Below, one piece after another: positions 1 through 9,359 of a DNA stretch of 38,205 nt (positions are counted from its first letter, which is position 1; the number at the start of each line of letters is the position of its first letter). The notes below the pieces were generated by a model. It worked only from the letters and a program-made list of their open reading frames with translations, did not search any database and was not told the DNA's origin. Made by a program: the position numbers and the translations under genes. The stretch covers positions 21,327 through 59,531 of the forward strand of contig DAICZA010000002.1 in the NCBI GenBank assembly GCA_027311385.1. The letters are read 5' to 3'. The DNA comes from a bacterium. Its GTDB lineage: Bacteria; Patescibacteriota; Minisyncoccia; Phycocordibacterales; Phycocordibacteraceae.

Positions 1-195
1 TATTTCGTCAACTATGAAGTAGATGGTATGGCGGGCCATGCAGGGGAGGCTCTCGTACTCAAGTTAAATAAGGGCTGTAATTCCCCAAATCCTTCTGATT
101 GTTCTTATATGACTTACACTATAGATAATGTCTCGGGTATGTATACCCCGAGCGATTTCCAGAAGATAGCTGATTCGATTACACGCGCGCCTTAA
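1..195 (+). CDS. 3' end of a hypothetical protein (partial; probable cargo gene upstream of fusA, not rpsG)
   Basis: Frame 1 is open from base 1 to TAA at 193-195 (YFVNYEVDG...SDFQKIADSITRAP*). AT-richer than fusA, with no resemblance to S7. Confidence 0.6.
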   Translation, partial: YFVNYEVDGMAGHAGEALVLKLNKGCNSPNPSDCSYMTYTIDNVSGMYTPSDFQKIADSITRAP

Positions 196-202
196 GCGGA
201 AC

Positions 203-230
203 TTGTCTTTTTGAGTAAATGCACTATTGT
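203..230 (+). promoter_or_regulatory. putative sigma70 promoter for fusA
   Basis: TTGTCT-16 nt-TATTGT, 40 nt upstream of the fusA ATG. Confidence 0.4.
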
Positions 231-269
231 GTAGATAACGCCACGGCGCTTTTTATTTTTACTTAATCT

Positions 270-2417
270 ATGAACAGAGACTATCCGCTTGAGAAGGTTC
301 GCAACTTCGGCATCATCGCGCACATTGACGCGGGCAAGACGACCGCGAGCGAGCGCATTCTTTTCTATACCGGCAGCCAGCACAAAATCGGCGAAGTGCA
401 CGAGGGCGAGACGACCACCGACTGGATGGAACAGGAGCGCGAGCGCGGCATCACCATCACCGCCGCCGCTATTACCTGTTTCTGGGCGAAGACCGCCGAG
501 AAGGATAAGAAGGACCTCTCAAAGAAGTACCGATTCAACATCATTGATACGCCGGGACACATAGACTTCACCGCCGAAGTGAAGCGGTCAATGCGCGTGC
601 TGGACGGTGCGGTCGTCGTCTTTGACGGCGTCGCGGGCGTAGAGCCGCAGTCTGAGACCAACTGGCGCTACGCCGATGAAGCACAGGTGCCGCGCATTTG
701 TTTCATTAATAAACTGGACCGCACCGGCGCATCATTTGAGCGTTCCTATGCGAGCATCTTGGACCGGCTCTCGCCGAAGGCCATCCGTATGCAGATTCCC
801 ATCGGCGAAGAGGGTCAGCACGAAGGTTCCGTGGACCTGCTCACGATGAAGGCGTACACCTTCTCGGGGAATATGGGCGAGGAAGTTATTGAGGGAGAAA
901 TTCCGGCGAACCTGCTTGAAGATGCGAAGAAGTACCGCGCCGAACTCATTGAGCGCATCGTGGAGCAGGATGACGCGGCGATGAGCGCGTATCTGGAGGG
1001 CAAGGAGCCCTCGCTTGAAGAGCTGAAGACGCTTCTGCGCAAGGCGGTCATCAACAACGAAATCTTCCCGGTCTATACGGGTTCCGCCCTGAAGAACAAG
1101 GGCGTTCAGCTCGTGCTGGATGCCGTCGTAGACTATCTTCCGTCGCCATTGGACCTCAAGCCGGTCACCGGCACGAATCCGAAAACCGGCGAGCCGGTTG
1201 AGCGCCACGCGTCCGACGAAGAGCCGTTCTGCGCACTCGCGTTCAAACTCCAGACCGACCCGTTCGTGGGCGCGCTGACCTTCTTCCGCGTCTACTCGGG
1301 CACGCTCTCCGCCGGTTCATATGTGTACAACTCCACGACCGGAAGCAAGGAACGCGTCGGCCGTATCGTCCGGCTCCAGGCCGACAAGCGCGAAGAAGTC
1401 GCGCAAGTATTTACCGGCGAAATCGCCGCCGCCGTCGGCCTCAAGGACACGAAGACCTCGCACACGCTCTGCGACGAGGCGAATCCGATTGTGCTTGAGG
1501 AAATCAAATTCCCCGAGCCGGTAGTTAGCTTGCGCATTGAGCCGAAAACCAAGGCCGACCAGGAGAAGATGGGCGTCGCGCTCCGAAAACTCTCGGACGA
1601 AGACCCGACGTTCCGCATCAAGACCGACGACGAGACGAACGAAACCATTATCTCCGGCATGGGCGAGCTCCACTTGGAAATTCTCGTGGACCGCATGAAG
1701 CGCGAATTCAACGTCGTTGCGGATGTGGGCAAGCCGCAGGTGGCGTACCGCGAGACGATTCTCGGCAGCGCCGACGCGGAAGGGAAGTACATCAAGCAGA
1801 CCGGCGGGCGCGGCCAGTACGGGCACGTGAAGATCAAGATGAAGAAGATGGAGCCGGTAGACCCGGAGGCGAAGGTGGCGAAGAACGTCACGCGCGAGGA
1901 CCACTTTGAGTTCATCAACAACATCAAAGGCGGCGTGATTCCGCAAGAATTCATCAGTCCGGTGGAAAAGGGCCTCCGCGAGGCGATGGCACGCGGCTTC
2001 CTCGCCGGCTTCCCGATGGTGGACATCTCGGTGGACCTCTACGACGGCAGTTACCACGACGTGGACTCCAGCGAAATCGCCTTCAAGATTGCCGCATCTA
2101 TGGCGTTCCAGGAAGCGGCTGCGAAAGCAAAGGCCGTCATTCTGGAACCGATTATGCGCGTGGAAGTCATCGTGCCGGAGCAGTTCATGGGCGACATCAC
2201 CGGCAACCTCTCAGGCAAGCGCGGGCAGATAGAGGGCATGGAGGAACGCGGCCTGAACAAGGTCGTGCACGCGAAAGTTCCGCTTTCCGAGATGTTCGGC
2301 TACACCACGACGCTCCGCTCTATGACCGAAGGCCGCGGAAGTATGACGATGGAATTTGACCATTACGACGTCGTCCCGAAGAACGTCGCGGACGATATCA
2401 TCGCGAGCCGGAAATAG
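270..2417 (+). CDS. fusA: elongation factor G
   Basis: [19 protein letters not shown] and NKLD GTPase motifs, GMGELHLE; 715 aa. Confidence 0.99.
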   Translation: MNRDYPLEKVRNFGIIAHIDAGKTTASERILFYTGSQHKIGEVHEGETTTDWMEQERERGITITAAAITCFWAKTAEKDKKDLSKKYRFNIIDTPGHIDFTAEVKRSMRVLDGAVVVFDGVAGVEPQSETNWRYADEAQVPRICFINKLDRTGASFERSYASILDRLSPKAIRMQIPIGEEGQHEGSVDLLTMKAYTFSGNMGEEVIEGEIPANLLEDAKKYRAELIERIVEQDDAAMSAYLEGKEPSLEELKTLLRKAVINNEIFPVYTGSALKNKGVQLVLDAVVDYLPSPLDLKPVTGTNPKTGEPVERHASDEEPFCALAFKLQTDPFVGALTFFRVYSGTLSAGSYVYNSTTGSKERVGRIVRLQADKREEVAQVFTGEIAAAVGLKDTKTSHTLCDEANPIVLEEIKFPEPVVSLRIEPKTKADQEKMGVALRKLSDEDPTFRIKTDDETNETIISGMGELHLEILVDRMKREFNVVADVGKPQVAYRETILGSADAEGKYIKQTGGRGQYGHVKIKMKKMEPVDPEAKVAKNVTREDHFEFINNIKGGVIPQEFISPVEKGLREAMARGFLAGFPMVDISVDLYDGSYHDVDSSEIAFKIAASMAFQEAAAKAKAVILEPIMRVEVIVPEQFMGDITGNLSGKRGQIEGMEERGLNKVVHAKVPLSEMFGYTTTLRSMTEGRGSMTMEFDHYDVVPKNVADDIIASRK
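2386..2417 (+). repeat. fusA 3'-end direct repeat, copy 1 (in gene)
   Basis: tcgcggacgatatcatcgcgagccggaaatag; 29/32 identical to 2785-2816. Confidence 0.9.
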
Positions 2418-2430
2418 ATAAGTACCGTTT

Positions 2431-2483
2431 GTACAAGGTGGAACCTTGTACGTAACAGCGGCCGCCCGAAGGGCGGCCGCTGT
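2431..2483 (+). terminator. two hairpins after fusA (palindrome plus GC-rich stem)
   Basis: gtacaaggt-gga-accttgtac (2431-2451) and acagcggccgccc-gaa-gggcggccgctgt (2455-2483); weak U-tract. Confidence 0.55.
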
Positions 2484-2497
2484 GGTATCGTTTCTGC

Positions 2498-2728
2498 ATG
2501 AGCACCGTGACCTATATGGTAATTTCCATGGTGAGCTTCCCAGTTTTGATTGGCTATGTGTTCGTTAGACTTGCGTTCCCCTCCCGGAGACGGCCGAAGC
2601 CGGGTACAGCAGTCCAGCCACCGCTCACCAGAGGGGTCCCGACGTGGGTCATCGTCCTCCTTATTCTCTTAGTTCTTCCAGGCGTGGTTCTCGCGCTGAT
2701 CATCTCACGCCTCTTCTCGGGAGGGTGA
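2498..2728 (+). CDS. small two-TM membrane protein (cargo between the fusA repeats)
   Basis: 76 aa with two hydrophobic segments; TGg-TATCGT -10 box ends 6 nt before the ATG. Confidence 0.7.
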   Translation: MSTVTYMVISMVSFPVLIGYVFVRLAFPSRRRPKPGTAVQPPLTRGVPTWVIVLLILLVLPGVVLALIISRLFSGG

Positions 2729-2744
2729 TTTTCTTGTCAGTCGC

Positions 2745-2784
2745 TTCCAGTACCTACTGAGAGAATGCCTTTGTGGTACTGGGA
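2745..2784. repeat. hairpin repeat (ACC(T)AC/GTGGT-NN-GGG family)
   Basis: ttccagtacc...ggtactggga inverted repeat directly abutting fusA repeat copy 2. Confidence 0.6.
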
Positions 2785-2816
2785 TCGCGGATGACATCAT
2801 CGCGAGCCGGAAATAA
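2785..2816 (+). repeat. fusA 3'-end direct repeat, copy 2 (orphan ADDIIASRK*)
   Basis: tcgcggatgacatcatcgcgagccggaaataa; differences are only GAC/GAT, GAT/GAC and TAG/TAA. Confidence 0.9.
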
Positions 2817-2832
2817 TTTAGTTTACAAAAGT

Positions 2833-2866
2833 AAAACGGCGAGCATTGCGGCTCGCCGTTTTGTTT
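2833..2866. terminator. bidirectional intrinsic terminator
   Basis: aaaacggcgagc-attgcg-gctcgccgtttt. Confidence 0.8.
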
Positions 2867-2880
2867 GGGGAAAGGTGGGC

Positions 2881-3231
2881 TTACTCGATGCCGAGGCTCC
2901 TTTTGTAGATGTCTTTGATGAACTCAGTTTGTGATGCGAATGCTGTTTTTGATGACTCGTCCATTCGATCCCAGACCTTCTCCATCTGTTTTGCAAGTTC
3001 GGGATTTTGGCCGCGGGTCTGTTCGCGCTGAGTCTGGATGTTCGCAAGGCTTTGACGGTACGAGCGCAAAGCATTATCCAGGCTTTTTTGCATATCGGTC
3101 CTTGCGCGGGCCATGATGGCCTGACTGTGGACGGCATGCGCCGCGCGGAGCTTACGGATCTGTGCGTCTCCCCAGGCCGTGATCTCTTTCTCGGCCGCGG
3201 CGACTAATTCATCAATAGTGGGATTGGTCAT
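2881..3231 (-). CDS. hypothetical alpha-helical/coiled-coil protein (116 aa)
   Basis: Start re-assigned to MTNPT at 3231, which has a GAGGAG SD; ends near the 2833-2866 terminator. Confidence 0.7.
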   Translation of the reverse strand: MTNPTIDELVAAAEKEITAWGDAQIRKLRAAHAVHSQAIMARARTDMQKSLDNALRSYRQSLANIQTQREQTRGQNPELAKQMEKVWDRMDESSKTAFASQTEFIKDIYKRSLGIE

Positions 3232-3343
3232 GTGGCACTCCTCGTTGGTGGCGGATTGACAGGGTACTCCACGATTACATATCCCATATTTTATAGATAG
3301 AATCAATCGCATCGGAATGTAGTGCATTTGCACACCCTGCATA

Positions 3344-3371
3344 TTGACGGCGCTTTCAGGCGCGGTACCAT
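3344..3371 (+). promoter_or_regulatory. sigma70 promoter
   Basis: TTGACG-16 nt-TACCAT. Confidence 0.6.
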
Positions 3372-3377
3372 AGTTCC

Positions 3378-3505
3378 ATGCAGCGTCGACAGAATCTTCT
3401 CGGCCTCCTCCTTACCACCAACGGTGGAGGGTTCGGCCGTGTCTAGATTCTAAAAGAAACCAGATACAACCGAGAGCCTCCACCAGGAGGCTCTCGGTTC
3501 GTTTT
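3378..3505 (+). promoter_or_regulatory. candidate Leu-responsive transcription attenuator (leader peptide 3378-3446 plus terminator 3468-3505)
   Basis: Leader MQRRQNLLGLLLTTNGGGFGRV*; terminator aaccgagagcctcc-acca-ggaggctctcggtt-cgtttt; alternative pairings are available. Confidence 0.6.
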
Positions 3506-3539
3506 GATCTTTCTGCAACCAAGCAAGTAAGGAGGAGTT

Positions 3540-3845
3540 ATGGCAAGCATGCTGTTTACGGAACCGCCCGATGGTCTGTCACTCGAGGAAGTTCACCAAG
3601 CAATCGCCGTCGCAACTGCGCGGTTGAACGGCGAACGGGCGAAGATGGACGTTGTCCTCTTTGCGCAGGTGTACGTCGGCCCGATTGTCGTTACCCCGGG
3701 ACGGGAGGTAACGTCCTTCATTGTGTCGTACTCGGACAAGGACGCTGACGCGCCGGTATCGGTAGACACGGCGCTCAAACGACTTATTGATTCCCGGAGG
3801 CGGGACCGGTGGTGGTACCCGCGCCGCGATTGCTATTGCGCATAA
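3540..3845 (+). CDS. hypothetical protein (101 aa)
   Basis: Strong AAGGAGGAG SD; followed by a terminator. Confidence 0.7.
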   Translation: MASMLFTEPPDGLSLEEVHQAIAVATARLNGERAKMDVVLFAQVYVGPIVVTPGREVTSFIVSYSDKDADAPVSVDTALKRLIDSRRRDRWWYPRRDCYCA

Positions 3846-3870
3846 CCCGTTACCAGCGGGGGAGTGCATT

Positions 3871-3917
3871 CGGCCGCCGTTCGCCCACAAGGCGAATCGG
3901 CGGCCGGTTTCTTGTTT
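3871..3917 (+). terminator. intrinsic terminator
   Basis: cggccgccgttcgcc...ggcgaatcggcggccg followed by gtttcttgttt. Confidence 0.7.
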
Positions 3918-3969
3918 GTCTTCTTATCTTGCGTTTCTGTCCTAGATTGGTGGTAGAATTGGAAGACGT

Positions 3970-4206
3970 ATGGATATCGAGAAACAAAAGAAGAATGCTC
4001 GGCAGGCAACTATTGTATGCATAGTATTCTTGGTTGTATCTGTGTATTTTGGTGTAAAGGTCTTGTATCCCGACCTCGGAAATGAACCCGCTCATTTGTT
4101 TGATCCTCTTTATAACCTGGTTGCTTTTATCTTGGCGGCCCCACTCACACTTTATTATGCGATCCTAGCAGTATTTAGATTTTCCAAGTTACAGGGACTG
4201 AAATAG
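3970..4206 (+). CDS. small two-TM membrane protein, AT-rich
   Basis: 78 aa with two hydrophobic helices; TGg-TAGAAT -10 box 10 nt upstream. Confidence 0.7.
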   Translation: MDIEKQKKNARQATIVCIVFLVVSVYFGVKVLYPDLGNEPAHLFDPLYNLVAFILAAPLTLYYAILAVFRFSKLQGLK

Positions 4207-4239
4207 CAGAGGGGAGGTTACCCCCCTCCACGTGGCGGT

Positions 4240-4268
4240 TTGCATTTGTAAAGAGTTTTGCGTATAGT
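4240..4268 (+). promoter_or_regulatory. sigma70 promoter for tuf-rpsJ
   Basis: TTGCAT-17 nt-TATAGT. Confidence 0.7.
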
Positions 4269-4389
4269 GCTCTATAACGCATCTTGGCGTCGCTCTTTGG
4301 CTTGTCTGCTTTTGTGAGTCGGCAAGCTTTGGAGTTTGTTCCGACTCGCGTCGGAGTTATTCGTGATTAACAGAATAAATTAACCGATT

Positions 4390-5595
<1,206 letters not shown>

Positions 5596-5603
5596 CTACT
5601 TGC

Positions 5604-6044
5604 ATGGCAACAGCGGCAAAACCGAAAGCAAAACCGGCGGCGAAGAAAGCCGCGGCAAAGGTCGCGGCGCCCGCGAAGCGCGCATCCGCGCCGCGGGCGA
5701 AAGCCCCGGCCAAGAAGGCCGCCACGGCCGCTCCGGCGGAGCACAAGCTCCGCATCCGCGTCCGCGCCTATGAGCACAAGATTCTGGACCTCTCGGTGAA
5801 GCAGATTATGGACACTGCCGCCCGCTTTGACGCCGTCGTCGTCGGCCCCGTGCCGCTCCCGACCGAAATCAAGCGCTGGACGGTGAACCGCTCTACGTTC
5901 GTCTACAAGGATGCGCGCGAGCAGTTTGAAATGCGCGTCCACAAGCGCCTCATTGATATCATGAACCCGTCCCCGAAGGTGATTGAGGCCCTCACGAACC
6001 TCAATTTACCCTCCGGTGTGACGATAGACGTCAAGATGGTCTAA
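5604..6044 (+). CDS. rpsJ: 30S ribosomal protein S10 with an N-terminal Ala/Lys/Pro-rich extension
   Basis: LRIRVRAYEH, GPVPLPT, REQFEMRVHKRLIDI. Confidence 0.97.
   Translation: MATAAKPKAKPAAKKAAAKVAAPAKRASAPRAKAPAKKAATAAPAEHKLRIRVRAYEHKILDLSVKQIMDTAARFDAVVVGPVPLPTEIKRWTVNRSTFVYKDAREQFEMRVHKRLIDIMNPSPKVIEALTNLNLPSGVTIDVKMV
5984..6044 (+). repeat. rpsJ 3'-end direct repeat, copy 1 (in gene)
   Basis: 61 nt; 53/61 identical to 7657-7717. Confidence 0.95.
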
Positions 6045-6061
6045 CTTCGCTCGGTTGGGCG

Positions 6062-6099
6062 AACAACACAGACGGTCCCGGTGACCGTCTGTGTTGTTT
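6062..6099. terminator. intrinsic terminator after rpsJ
   Basis: aacaacacagacggtc-ccggt-gaccgtctgtgttgtt, a 16-bp perfect stem. Confidence 0.8.
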
Positions 6100-6144
6100 A
6101 GTATGGGTGTGCGACGGTGTGCTACTGTAAAAGCACATCGAGGT

Positions 6145-7659
6145 ATGCAAGATGCGCTCAAAGACTTCGTATTGCAAGAACGAAAGAGAGGCGTTTCCGA
6201 CTCTGATATCACCCATGCTTTGCAAGGCGCGGGATGGCAGGTCGCTGACATCGAGATGGCGCTGGCGACACTCCCGAGTACCCCGGCGTCTACGTGGCGT
6301 ATGGGCGTATTGGCAATAGGGGGAATTGTAGCCATCGCGTTTTTGGCGACACTTATCTTTCTGATGTTTCGCGCGCCGTCCGCAACGTCAACTGGCGGCA
6401 CGGCGCGCACAGTCGTTGCACCGGTCGCTTCGGCGTCTCCGCAAGATGTCTCGCCTCCAGTATCTGTCGCGCAGAGCACGACCACGAGCCAATCGACGCC
6501 GACCGCCAACACATTCGCGCTTACGAGCATCTTTTTAAAAGATGATCCGACGGCGCAGCGCATTGCGACGGGCGCACAGAGTAGTGTCGATATCCGCACG
6601 TTTTCGTTGAAGATTGGAGACGCGACTGCTGTTGGTACCGATTCCTTCGCGTATCGTCTTGTTAGTGCGTTGCGTATGCTTGGATACGTTCCCGGCTCCG
6701 CAGGCGGGCAATATATGTCGGAATCATTACTGTTTCCTTTCGAGCGGGATAACAATCTCCCCGTATCAGATATGGTCAATGCGCAGGTTCTAAAAACGCT
6801 TGACGCCGAGCTTGCAGTCCGAGAGACCAAGGACGCACAGCTCTCCGCACAATTCCCGCTCGCGAAATATGTTACGGCACCACCGGTTGTTAACGAGCCG
6901 ACGGAGGAGCATGCCGCAGCGCTGTTCACGATTGCCTTCAAGGCATTGCCGTCGCAGCTGGTTGTGTGGAATGAGAAGAACTTCCAGACCTATCTCGCCA
7001 AACAGGTGACAGGGTCGTACGCAGGACTCGGCACGCCGAACTACCGCGTTTGCCTCGCGTTCTTGTACCCGGAGTTTGGAGACGCTTGTGCGGTCATACA
7101 TAAAAAAGTGTCCGGCTTCTGGGGAAGCGACTTTTCCATTGCCACCACGCTTCTGCACGAATATGCACATTACCTCGACAAGAACCTGTATGCTCCGGAG
7201 CAGGGGACGTCACTCGGTATCATAGACACGTCAGGGTTCTACGCCATTTCATACGATACGAGCAAGGGAACGGTCACCAGTAACGGGTGGACGGAATATC
7301 CCTTCCTCAGGCCGAACGATGTCGCAAACGAGTTTGTCTCAAGTTATGCTGAAGGGTGGGGCAATGACTCTATTCATACGGCGTATGAAGACTTCGCGGA
7401 ATCATTTGCCTTATACGTGACCGGCGGGCGGATTTTCCGTGAGCTCGCAAAGACCTCTCCGGTACTGAGCGAGAAGTACTTGTGGCTCAAAGAGCACGTC
7501 TTCGGTGGGCAGGAGTACGATACGGGAGACGTCGCGAGCATCGCATATCTCAAGGCCCACGCAACTGCATCCGGAGCGGATGCCGTAGCGACCAAGGCAT
7601 TCAATGTTATTGATTACGCTACACAACTTCCAGATTTTGACTGGAGTTACACGTTCTGA
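6145..7659 (+). CDS. membrane-anchored extracellular zinc metallopeptidase (HEXXH zincin); cargo between the rpsJ repeats
   Basis: Start at ATG 6145 (GAGG upstream). Short cytoplasmic N-domain, one TM helix, S/T/P linker, LLHEYAHYLD, FVSSYA...EDFAESFALY. Confidence 0.8.
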   Translation: MQDALKDFVLQERKRGVSDSDITHALQGAGWQVADIEMALATLPSTPASTWRMGVLAIGGIVAIAFLATLIFLMFRAPSATSTGGTARTVVAPVASASPQDVSPPVSVAQSTTTSQSTPTANTFALTSIFLKDDPTAQRIATGAQSSVDIRTFSLKIGDATAVGTDSFAYRLVSALRMLGYVPGSAGGQYMSESLLFPFERDNNLPVSDMVNAQVLKTLDAELAVRETKDAQLSAQFPLAKYVTAPPVVNEPTEEHAAALFTIAFKALPSQLVVWNEKNFQTYLAKQVTGSYAGLGTPNYRVCLAFLYPEFGDACAVIHKKVSGFWGSDFSIATTLLHEYAHYLDKNLYAPEQGTSLGIIDTSGFYAISYDTSKGTVTSNGWTEYPFLRPNDVANEFVSSYAEGWGNDSIHTAYEDFAESFALYVTGGRIFRELAKTSPVLSEKYLWLKEHVFGGQEYDTGDVASIAYLKAHATASGADAVATKAFNVIDYATQLPDFDWSYTF

Positions 7660-7717
7660 GGCCCTCACGAACCTCAATTTGCCCTCCGGCGTCACCATCG
7701 ACGTCAAAATGGTGTAG
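7657..7717 (+). repeat. rpsJ 3'-end direct repeat, copy 2 (orphan EALTNLNLPSGVTIDVKMV*)
   Basis: First 24 nt identical to copy 1, then 8 third-position synonymous differences; begins in the TGA stop of the cargo gene. Confidence 0.95.
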
Positions 7718-7866
7718 CGCGCTTCCAAAACTACTGCATCTGCGTTGTTGCGACTTCGAGAATTTCTTCCGTCGTACAGCAGAGTACGCCTCCAGAAATC
7801 GCCTCCCCGTGCCTCGCAACTGAAGCTTTCTGAAGACGCTCTGGAATTCAAGGACAGCCAAGATAC

Positions 7867-7900
7867 ACACAACCGCCCGCAAGGGCGGTTGTGTCGTTTT
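7867..7900 (+). terminator. intrinsic terminator
   Basis: acacaaccgccc-gcaa-gggcggttgtgt-cgtttt. Confidence 0.8.
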
Positions 7901-7901
7901 C

Positions 7902-7930
7902 TTGCATCTTTTGGGGCCTTCGTGTAGAGT
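7902..7930 (+). promoter_or_regulatory. sigma70 promoter for rplC-rplD-rplW-rplB
   Basis: TTGCAT-17 nt-TAGAGT. Confidence 0.7.
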
Positions 7931-8017
7931 GCTCCTAACGCTACGAACGGTGCCCGAGACCGGTCCTATGGCAGAACGCGCGATGCGTCTGCTTCGCGCG
8001 TTTTGCTTTAAAAAACA

Positions 8018-8632
8018 ATGAAATTCATCCTCGCCAAGAAAGAAGGAATGACCCGGATTTTCGGGGAAGACGGCCGCGCCCGCGCGGGGACCATTCTGCT
8101 TGCCGACTCGGTGACGGTGACGCAGGTGAAGACAAAGGAGGGCAAGGATGCCTACGCGGCTGTCCAGGTGGGCCAGGGCGTCCGCCGCACGAAGAACATC
8201 AGCAAACCGGTCTTGGGGCACACGAAGGGGAAGGGCTACTCGGCACTCCGCGAGTTTCGCGGCGCCGAAGGCGCCGCGGTGGGCGACACGATTGATGCGT
8301 CGGTCTTCGCCGTGGGTGACGTCGTGCGTGTGTCGGGCCTTACGAAAGGCAAGGGCTTCGCCGGCGTGGTGAAGCGCCACGGCTTCCACGGCGGTCCGCG
8401 CAGCCACGGCCAGAAGCACACCGAGCGCTCCCCGGGCTCCATCGGCGGCTCGGGCGGCCGCGCGGGCGGCCGCGTCGCCAAAGGCATCCGTATGGCCGGC
8501 CGTATGGGGAGCGACCGCGTGACGGTCACGAATCTGAAGGTGCTCGCGGTGGACGCGAAAGCGGGCGAGATAATCGTGAGCGGCGCCGTCCCCGGCCGCC
8601 GCGGTACGCTGCTTGAGATAGTCTCCGCATAA
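8018..8632 (+). CDS. rplC: 50S ribosomal protein L3
   Basis: KGKGFAGVVKRHGF, PGSIG, MAGRMG. Confidence 0.98.
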   Translation: MKFILAKKEGMTRIFGEDGRARAGTILLADSVTVTQVKTKEGKDAYAAVQVGQGVRRTKNISKPVLGHTKGKGYSALREFRGAEGAAVGDTIDASVFAVGDVVRVSGLTKGKGFAGVVKRHGFHGGPRSHGQKHTERSPGSIGGSGGRAGGRVAKGIRMAGRMGSDRVTVTNLKVLAVDAKAGEIIVSGAVPGRRGTLLEIVSA

Positions 8633-8642
8633 TTTGAATACC

Positions 8643-9353
8643 ATGGCTACCGCAAAGAAAACCACGAAGAAAGAATACGTACCGATTGAAGCGGCTATTT
8701 TCTCTATGGAAGGGAAGCAGGTCGGCTCCACTACACTTCCGGAGAACCTCTTCGGTCAGCCGTGGCGCGCTGACCTCGTGCACCAGGTGACCACCGCGAT
8801 GCAGGCCAACCTGCGCCAGAACCGCGCACACACCAAGGACCGCTCGGAGGTCTCGGGCGGCGGCAAGAAGCCGTGGAAGCAGAAGGGCACCGGCCAGGCG
8901 CGCCACAGCTCCACGCGCTCGCCGATTTGGCGCCACGGCGGCATTACCTTCGGCCCGCGCTCAACGCGCGACTACAGCGAGAAAATCAACAAGAAGATGC
9001 GCGTCGGCGCACTGCTCTCGGTGCTCTCCAAGAAGGCGAAGGACGGCGAGATTATTCTCGTGGACAAATTTACCTTTGCGGCGCCGAAGACGGCGCTCGC
9101 AAAGACGGCGCTCGTGGCGCTCGCAAAGGGAGCGGATGCCGGCGTGCTCACAGCAAAGAAAAAGAACGCCGCCCTGCTTGCACTCGCGTCGTACGAGGCG
9201 AACACGATTAAGAGCTTCGGGAATTTCGGCAGCATAGAGACGGAGGAGTTGCGCAACCTGAATCCGGTGGATGTGCTCTCGCACAAATACCTCGTCATTG
9301 AGAACCCGGAGGCGGCATTTAAGGCGCTCACTGTGCGCGCGAAGTCTAAATAA
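8643..9353 (+). CDS. rplD: 50S ribosomal protein L4
   Basis: TKDRSEVSGGGKKPWKQKGTGQAR; start set at ATG 8643. Confidence 0.97.
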   Translation: MATAKKTTKKEYVPIEAAIFSMEGKQVGSTTLPENLFGQPWRADLVHQVTTAMQANLRQNRAHTKDRSEVSGGGKKPWKQKGTGQARHSSTRSPIWRHGGITFGPRSTRDYSEKINKKMRVGALLSVLSKKAKDGEIILVDKFTFAAPKTALAKTALVALAKGADAGVLTAKKKNAALLALASYEANTIKSFGNFGSIETEELRNLNPVDVLSHKYLVIENPEAAFKALTVRAKSK

Positions 9354-9359
9354 ATTACT

